42,320 bases of DNA, from positions 1 through 42,320 of the IMG/VR virus record IMGVR_UViG_3300047669_002124; one strand, given 5' to 3'. Positions 37,301 through 42,320 of the stretch are shown here, one piece after another. Position numbers and translations under genes: made by a program. A model generated the notes under the pieces. It worked only from the letters and a program-made list of their open reading frames with translations. It was not told the DNA's origin and ran no database searches. This DNA is from a virus (Duplodnaviria > Caudoviricetes). The first letter of the stretch is position 1. Each line of letters opens with the position of its first letter.

Positions 37301-40300
37301 AGGTAGATGGTGTTTTAGTACCACAGTACCTACGTTTTTATCAATACTTACAACTTCAGTGATTATTTGGTTACCATTGGCATCCGAATCAGGAAAGGGG
37401 TTATATACTTTTTTGCCTTTACCATTAGCTGATAAACTGAATAAAGAAGCCGCATTGCAATTGGTAGCATCATGCGAAGAGAAATCTAAAGCATAATACG
37501 CTTCGTCTGTATGATTTGAATAGTTTCCTTCAATCCAAATATATCCAGATTCAGGACTCTCTAGTAAAGAATCAAAGCTTATAAGACTTTTTATTTCTTT
37601 TAGCTGTTTCCCTGAGAGAAGTTTTGTATTGGTTTTTGATCTTGGTTTATTAGGATTATTTGTAAGACATTTTCTTTTTGAAAATCCAGTGTCAAATGAT
37701 ATACCATTGACTGCACCTCCAGCAAACAACTTAAGAGGTTGAGGGTCAGACGTGGGTTCTCCTATTGCAAAATGCAAATAATTCCATCCAGTATTTTGGC
37801 TTCCAATGTCGCTAACTGTCCCTAGAACAGTACTAGAGTCAACGAGGGTCGTTAGCGTTACCGCTATGTTATCCATATGGGCATAAACAGAATACCACTC
37901 TAATTGAACTTTTTGTTCTTCTCCGTAACATTTGTCAGTAGTCCCATCAACAGGCTTTTTGTCACATGTGTAAAGCTCGAAAGTATCCGCTGTTACATTT
38001 TTTGCTATAAAGAAAGGCGCAGGGTCCGGATCTTTGCCAGCTACTACTACACCATCACATGCATAATATTTTCCGGTGTCGCAGGTTCCGTTTGATTCAT
38101 GTGGACAAATAGCGGATGGATTTATTATAATATCACAATCCTTACCGCATTGGTTGTATTTTTTCTCTTCCCATTGGGTTTCTTGCCATTCACCAGCAGT
38201 CATAACGTTTGCGGCAAAGTTTCCTAATACATCACGTATATCAACTTTGTCACCGTCTGCTAAATTGTGAGAAGACGAAGTTATTTTAATTGGTTTTTCA
38301 TTGCTGGCAAACTGGACTCTTCCTGAACCTTGAGTACCAACACAGCTGTCGTTAATAAAGCTTATCTGACTATCGCCAACCGGATATTGGCCGGTGTCTT
38401 GCCAATAATCAGGTGAGTTTCCTTCTTCTGCTAGTTTAGCATCTTCAACAGTTTGGTTTACAGTGCCTCCGCTCGCTGAGGTTGTTTGAACACCGTCTTT
38501 TATATCAAAAATCGAATGTGGATCTGAATACCCTAAAGGTAATGATCCAATATTTTCGGCGGGCTGTATATAAGGACCAATCCTTTTGTTATATAAACTA
38601 CTGGCAGAACCAATAGTATCAGCAATAAAGATTCCGTTACATGATTCTTTATCTGAAGGTGTGGATACGCCACCATTTATACAGTCGCCATGTTGTTTCC
38701 CAAAAACAATGTCTGCTAAGTCATCTGGTATACCTCTGATACTATTACAGCTAGTTGGCTCTAGAATAGAGCGACATCCTTCTCGCCACTCTCCTCCAGC
38801 CCCATATTCTGGTGGAAATGTCCCAGCTGGATTAGACGCCGAACGATTCTTAGAATATGTCTCAAGACTTGCTTCACATTCTTTTCTATTTTTCGCCGGT
38901 CCATTCATTATGGGAATAGCAAAATCGTCAATACCTATTCGTAACAGCGCTGGAATGACCCCATCGGGACCAGTACATTCTTCATAGTATTCACAGCATT
39001 TATTCCATGCTCCTCCGGACTGAATGCAAGACTGTTCTGAGGCTGAGTTATCAAAAGTGCCATCTTTATACAGACAGTATCCAGCAACTTCACAAGAACT
39101 TTTACTTCCATCGAACGCCTCGCATCCCCAACCCCGCTCTATTGTGTTTCCAACAGTTACCCTACTGTATGGAAATCCGCAAGGGTGATCTCCATCTACA
39201 TCGTTGTGTATATCGTCTGTCCAACCAATTGCTCCTAAACTTTTAGTGCATGTGCCTTTTGTCAGAAATCCTATATGGCTTTTAACCCAGATGTTAAATT
39301 GATTAGAAATACTATTACAATAAGCCTCATAGGCAAGCTCACCTGCCTTTTTTTCAAAATCAAAGTACAAGAAGTAATCCTGACCATAGTTTGCAAACCA
39401 ATGTCCCGGATCTCCGGCCCATGCCCTGCTTACACAATTAAACCAATACGTATAATCCACCTTTGCATCTTCGATAGTTTTTGCTCTAAGTTGTCTTTCT
39501 CCAGTAGCTTTGAATGGCTGAGGCTGAAGATTAAATTTAGAAAACGTTTCTGCCCCTTTTGAATTTTTAGTATTGCTATAGTCTCTCGCACTCGAACCAC
39601 TGCTCGAATAATTACCATGAGAATAAACAAAGCCAGTACAAAATTCTTTTTGGCTAGATTTATCATACCCACTTGCTCCATCAGCTATGCCGTCAGCGTT
39701 ACCATCAGGATGTCTACACCACCAGTCATAGACATAGTCATACATTGCATCTGCTGGAAATGGCCCGCTCAAAAATGAAACAGGTGTAAGATAAGGAGTG
39801 TCGGGCTGTTCATTCCACCACTCATACACTTTATCAAAGATGCCAAATTTTAGATCCCATGATGGCTGAGTCTCTCTCCAATAAGTATTTCTTGCAGGCA
39901 GAGACATGTCTCTTTTTGTGGGACCCTTTTCTAAGTCAAAACCTTTTTTACTGTTGCTGTCAGACAATGTTAAATTAAAGTTAGAATCATTTAACATCTG
40001 ATTTGTTGGTATCTTGAGTACTATTTCTTCTCCGCATCCAGTCATAAAACTGTTTGCGTCAGTCACCCACTTACTGTTTCCTTCTTCATCTACGCCGCAG
40101 TCTTTTTCATTAGATATGCTCCAATCGTATATATCAGGGTTAGTACTTGTCTTACATCTTCCGCCATCTTTGTTGTCGCCATGAAAAAACCCTTCATCAA
40201 AACAGTTCTTCCAAAACCTACAAGGTCTTATGAGTAAAGTCCAAGAAGTGTTATATTTGTTTTTTAGCTCTTTTTGATGTCGCGGGGTTCTATCGAATTG

Positions 40301-42271
40301 ATTTGTAGCCGGTACATCAGGCGGCATTAAGACGTATTCTTCATACGGTGTAAAACAAGTGGTATTCTCAAGATTAGAATCTTTTACCTGAAGACCAGAA
40401 ACGCTTGTTTTAGATCCAGAAAACTGTGGCGTTCTAGATGGATGATTTTGATCAATCATATGATCGCCACAACAAGAATACTTTTCGTATTCAGAATCTT
40501 CCCAGTCGTTGCTTATAAACCTGTTTGCGTTCCATGTTTCATCTGCTTCTTCACATTTTTCTTTTGTTGTCTTAGTGGCGTCGCTACAATAAGCATCTCT
40601 TATTCCATGTCTAGCTTCGCAGGTTGTTTGATCTGCAAAAACCCAGATATTCCCATTAGCTTCGCATTCTTTCTCATTTGCAGCGAGTTTAGGGATTCCG
40701 GTTGCATTTTCGCATCTTGGGGGTATCTTTTTCTCAGATCTTTTTTGTACTGTATTTATGACATCATTTGGGTATTCACAAACGCCAGTAGCTATACAGC
40801 TTTCTTCATCACCATAAAGCCATTTATAGGCAGTCCATTTTCCATTAGGGTCAGCGTCTGTGCATTCTTTTTCAGTGACTCCGTCTTGAAGCACGTCACA
40901 GGTTCCGTGGTCTGTACAATCTTTTATACTTTTAAACTTAACATTTCCGTTGGTGTCTTTTTCTAGAGACTCACACTCTTGCGGTATTCTTAAGCCGACA
41001 ATCGGATCTTTACAGTGTGGTCTTTTTATTATGGGAGTAAAACCATCTGCCACACACGGAATAGTACCATCCGGTTCGTAATTTAGAAACTGATCACTTC
41101 TTGAGCCGTCGTTTGTATACCCATTACCCACTCGTGTTCTTACATACCCATCTTCAGCTACTGACACACGGTCTAATCTTGCAACATCTGCGGTATCTAT
41201 GTTTTCTTTATCGAAATAGTTGTAGTAGAGATTGTGAGACGCTTTGAGATATTCGTCCTCCTTGTCTGTCCAGTATCCTATGCCGCTAGCTTCACAATCT
41301 TGTTTATTGCCAAATTGTGGCAAGGGATTTGCCACATATTTCTTCCTGTCTGCACCTCTTGGAAGTTCACGACAAATGGGATGAATGGTATAACGATGGT
41401 TAAACTTTTTACCATCACTTCCTTCTAGCTCCTCTCGCCAAGCGTCAGAGATCTCGCCTTCGAGGGTTATTTGCGGAGGTGTCTGCGGCTGACCATCGCC
41501 GCCGAGCTGCACTTTTACATAATGATCTTCTATATATCTCGGGGTTATTGTTTCACCCGCCCTCAAGCCTTTTGGTCCTTTAGTGCCAGCATATTGCCTG
41601 TTCGGGTGACCAACTCTACTAAAATTCCAGACTCCTCTGTCGTCAATAGAGCCTGCAAATTCGTGAAAGTCTATAGGGTCTAAATGATCATTGGGATTAT
41701 GCTCATCTTGATAAGCGAATCTAGAGTTTGCAAAATGGCAATCACTTGGTTTTGAATATTCGCCATATGAATCGCTACGGCTTGTTGTATATCTACAAGA
41801 ATCAAAGTCTGATATCTTTAAGCATGGCTTTCTACCTCTCCATGCTCCATTAGAATACTTTAATACTATTTGTAGTTTGTTGTCATTGTTGCTATTCTGG
41901 TCAATATTTTCATGGTATTTTTCCGCGAGATGCCTTCTAGTCTCTCCAGCGTCAGCCTTCCAGACAGTAATACCTAATTCATGAGGTAGTATGGTAGATA
42001 TTCCCTCTTTAAATGGATGAGTGGTTCCGATATCAACACAACCACATCCTTGGGTACAGAACCTGCCTCCTCTTCTATCATTTAGAGCATCTCCATATGC
42101 AAACGGAGAGTCCGATTGTGGCACTAGATAAGAATGGTCTGGACCCCATTGAACACGACGTGTCCAATTGTTATGAATGCCAAACTGATTTTCCTTTAGC
42201 ATCCAGTCATATTGACTGATGCCATTTTCTCTTGGGTCGTATGAAGTATCCCAAGGGTCGCCAATTGCCAT
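31382..42271 (-). CDS. Giant (3629 aa) cysteine-rich repeat protein, probable tail fibre/adhesin-like virion protein
   Basis: Uninterrupted 10.9 kb ORF with AAGGA RBS. Recurrent C..CE..G.W modules and an FCCH-like beta module. Function is inferred. Confidence 0.8.
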   Translation of the reverse strand: MAIGDPWDTSYDPRENGISQYDWMLKENQFGIHNNWTRRVQWGPDHSYLVPQSDSPFAYGDALNDRRGGRFCTQGCGCVDIGTTHPFKEGISTILPHELGITVWKADAGETRRHLAEKYHENIDQNSNNDNKLQIVLKYSNGAWRGRKPCLKISDFDSCRYTTSRSDSYGEYSKPSDCHFANSRFAYQDEHNPNDHLDPIDFHEFAGSIDDRGVWNFSRVGHPNRQYAGTKGPKGLRAGETITPRYIEDHYVKVQLGGDGQPQTPPQITLEGEISDAWREELEGSDGKKFNHRYTIHPICRELPRGADRKKYVANPLPQFGNKQDCEASGIGYWTDKEDEYLKASHNLYYNYFDKENIDTADVARLDRVSVAEDGYVRTRVGNGYTNDGSRSDQFLNYEPDGTIPCVADGFTPIIKRPHCKDPIVGLRIPQECESLEKDTNGNVKFKSIKDCTDHGTCDVLQDGVTEKECTDADPNGKWTAYKWLYGDEESCIATGVCEYPNDVINTVQKRSEKKIPPRCENATGIPKLAANEKECEANGNIWVFADQTTCEARHGIRDAYCSDATKTTKEKCEEADETWNANRFISNDWEDSEYEKYSCCGDHMIDQNHPSRTPQFSGSKTSVSGLQVKDSNLENTTCFTPYEEYVLMPPDVPATNQFDRTPRHQKELKNKYNTSWTLLIRPCRFWKNCFDEGFFHGDNKDGGRCKTSTNPDIYDWSISNEKDCGVDEEGNSKWVTDANSFMTGCGEEIVLKIPTNQMLNDSNFNLTLSDSNSKKGFDLEKGPTKRDMSLPARNTYWRETQPSWDLKFGIFDKVYEWWNEQPDTPYLTPVSFLSGPFPADAMYDYVYDWWCRHPDGNADGIADGASGYDKSSQKEFCTGFVYSHGNYSSSGSSARDYSNTKNSKGAETFSKFNLQPQPFKATGERQLRAKTIEDAKVDYTYWFNCVSRAWAGDPGHWFANYGQDYFLYFDFEKKAGELAYEAYCNSISNQFNIWVKSHIGFLTKGTCTKSLGAIGWTDDIHNDVDGDHPCGFPYSRVTVGNTIERGWGCEAFDGSKSSCEVAGYCLYKDGTFDNSASEQSCIQSGGAWNKCCEYYEECTGPDGVIPALLRIGIDDFAIPIMNGPAKNRKECEASLETYSKNRSASNPAGTFPPEYGAGGEWREGCRSILEPTSCNSIRGIPDDLADIVFGKQHGDCINGGVSTPSDKESCNGIFIADTIGSASSLYNKRIGPYIQPAENIGSLPLGYSDPHSIFDIKDGVQTTSASGGTVNQTVEDAKLAEEGNSPDYWQDTGQYPVGDSQISFINDSCVGTQGSGRVQFASNEKPIKITSSSHNLADGDKVDIRDVLGNFAANVMTAGEWQETQWEEKKYNQCGKDCDIIINPSAICPHESNGTCDTGKYYACDGVVVAGKDPDPAPFFIAKNVTADTFELYTCDKKPVDGTTDKCYGEEQKVQLEWYSVYAHMDNIAVTLTTLVDSSTVLGTVSDIGSQNTGWNYLHFAIGEPTSDPQPLKLFAGGAVNGISFDTGFSKRKCLTNNPNKPRSKTNTKLLSGKQLKEIKSLISFDSLLESPESGYIWIEGNYSNHTDEAYYALDFSSHDATNCNAASLFSLSANGKGKKVYNPFPDSDANGNQIITEVVSIDKNVGTVVLKHHLPNQGPEVGSRAVSVWNTCPFTGKWETYQGLISPEEEAACAMDSECVLHYRPGFSGIAQKWKYRANDYYVSIEQKGVCPVCNDHYIPENLTATLSTVSSEYLNIANCTINPCYEPNVCIDNTSKGSKGIDDFDILYGVRDFFCVETGKTIQVDKNQTDCMADPDYEWKQDAAVAKQKCESDKNIWIGEDWWNYSKAEGYCCEDAYHPCDLGQPIERDSGLQWSEIEECEEDPSSFGRCEGTVTPGVVGTIFPHRPQSCADNGGTFTALQSKDQCDRFLRRRITINGTTNCRRCADVFTNENGVPLRDKVDARSGYYDSNGVWVNNTRFTSTTPLDKNGNNCCSSGKDSCGEANPSCECITNMDKYPSCTMFEYKHGLCQAGNTGVKWFGELKGNCIETIDASICSNQQAEFKWTPAGDGSGMWTQENSCSSALGCMDPTPPTAPPASPLSPAFLYITCLGSETTYHWEFDPCGCFENHLPASCECEKMYAGKDVFGQESCKEQMIDSVWHNPTLAREDKDGYYHHNPNGSCCGSFGDTLDTAPNAVCYNQAVAHQPITSTCPGLTVKSGDGNLLDVPMEYDGEVWKSEWTLMNEVGTKQCSLEDSDPTNCEDKVFPRNANRTAFGSDCKPPPHMNSSAKYLVFTNADCDGCDMPQYEYAGVKNSGGYRDAREPSTPKDGHFIRLVLGCGNAISSILPETNGELSDGGLGPSPSTYQSDSMKLWAEITNCNFHIAETDGQLKTLRIDYGVLGNPPCQTNSGCDTWPHFGKSIAEGVPQQAREFMFAGKCLSYATCGPKGPCVTAGCCTYEGSDRQFFDENHTALWNGSVACSTGGAINHICQTVGFEMGPDKRSEILTVHDIIDVNHLTGEGTLVAKSQGGTCSYAAGTSVSIGMAGPTEAESSSRDDYTRNKHAANPFLRGTVLAESIRTPKLPKEDANGYTTYTRGNRAGEFIFVKVNDITPLINKDSRKDRHLKYNDIRYVAVDEDLNETLKPIDEDGKVVNANSIELIVNEQEFNRIAQYPLKSAKSTGLASDLSGSQMVANKKLKYPYGNNPYPVATQTMSGTAKSQMWPKGKTMSPDNLESLRFSGSDRQDDIISPGRTGKLWRDYSPFTPVHSIVDSSFFGKKKDTAINSYENIYSPSIGVCLDNRNYKTITECIANNHIWVPQFLNTVIGVEIDPTAGPHEDSKNPNPPHEKIMISGTIAYKATCKGSRMGYCYKADGSGKQKDVNKCADVNEFTDGIAGKWIQAFEDADADKYICETVFNGKWVIGIRNDTIVQGKYEDPDNLKPNDLQDREKDFESGCPPACQLKGFYTEQACVAYQHGDSQGECYECIGDISFDEDEDDFIKCPLTPIDGNHVLVKKDFKTYLDTIYLGGPQDRNLLSYVESFREKILDNKLDYYALADEEHITVNDEAKVWKASSNMSVLETEGKRGQRSQANKTHLFDPSQPRSDYEELPKDECDSLTDGYYLHRVAYDSGNETTLDDTVAAEPSHLPICMNLNRFESHFLRGDLEVGGLAFYGDNEKQLQLEQLISGSTIFSTQGYYDFLGNRFEIGATPSTVTGPAGVHSYTQLTEACELSDVCHFEKVAFECRGGNVNDLGHCKLFTGKEDFVKTFPTVTQTKRKDCPSGSIFTPHISSEVDVYTKGLLERHQEKECLEAEHEVIPMFLCYKLDTDKLENAKEGENISKYGEFLETGKGGLTEEKMILTPQECEAAEGKVFYDGIFNTASRRRGDLITSIRYMETYKISKDTDYFGDPLSKYKSRDFLLKNLDDAKVSDSLYQNEFGKTTYDLGLSVTDTGIAPPKRKWKGLIYANEVLANPHMSQKDKEDYSKYIAPTKDMPTGKYVNFYNGGRAYWSRHGGAFDITIGQKLPENKSRDNNSDKPVNLEFWLRFPQICCNLRGPTNYWACKDECWPHAGSLNGPILDWLQKNYKIDGDSLIHVNITEALDSYGVPKPVIGGGGERKRS

Positions 42272-42284
42272 TATATATCCTTAG

Positions 42285-42320
42285 TTAAACCGAGTAAGAA
42301 GCAGAGGTAATAGCGTAGTC
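42285..42320 (-). CDS. Probable 3' end of an upstream gene (truncated by window edge)
   Basis: Open frame DYAITSASYSV-stop ending 13 nt before the ATG of the giant gene. Confidence 0.35.
   Translation of the reverse strand, partial: DYAITSASYSV

Noticed and set aside
31540-42219. Numerous + strand ORFs (60-174 aa) opposite the giant gene, and - strand ORFs opposite the replication and glycan genes
   Set aside because: These are shadow ORFs with no recognisable motifs, fully overlapping well-supported genes.
31382-42271. Diversity-generating retroelement target, or multiheme cytochrome
   Set aside because: No reverse transcriptase or TR/VR repeat pair is visible, and the Cys residues are not arranged as repeated CxxCH motifs.
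1-42320. Stop-codon reassignment (alternative genetic code)
   Set aside because: Genes are full length and tightly packed under the standard bacterial code, including a 10.9 kb ORF. TAG is rare as a stop but does not fragment genes.

Overview
AT-rich, very gene-dense segment of a large dsDNA bacteriophage genome. The host cannot be determined from this window. A ~30 kb translationally coupled + strand block (1-30006) contains: (i) nucleotide metabolism and auxiliary genes (nrdB fragment, dUTPase, PhoH, dNMP kinase); (ii) a bacterial-type replisome and recombination set (RecA, DnaB, DnaG, SSB, AddB/Cas4-like nuclease, Rad52/Sak-like annealase); (iii) a DnaE polymerase split into two genes, without an intein, around a small ORF and a DEDDh exonuclease; (iv) a sigma factor; and (v) an ~11 kb glycosylation cluster of glycosyltransferases, a nucleotidyltransferase, a methyltransferase-like protein and three SDR sugar enzymes. 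This block converges at a bidirectional terminator with a - strand, probably structural, block: a 3629-aa cysteine-rich repeat protein, a coupled small Cys-motif protein and a Gly/Thr-rich protein. I saw no tRNA, rRNA, CRISPR array or integrase. The most notable signals are the intein-free split DnaE, the glycan pathway with a non-canonical Fcl-like active site next to the giant Cys-rich protein, a sigma gene with no usable ATG, an SSB-like acidic tail on the helicase rather than on SSB, and an uncalled stand-alone AP2-like mini-gene. All family assignments come from motif recognition by eye; no searches were run.
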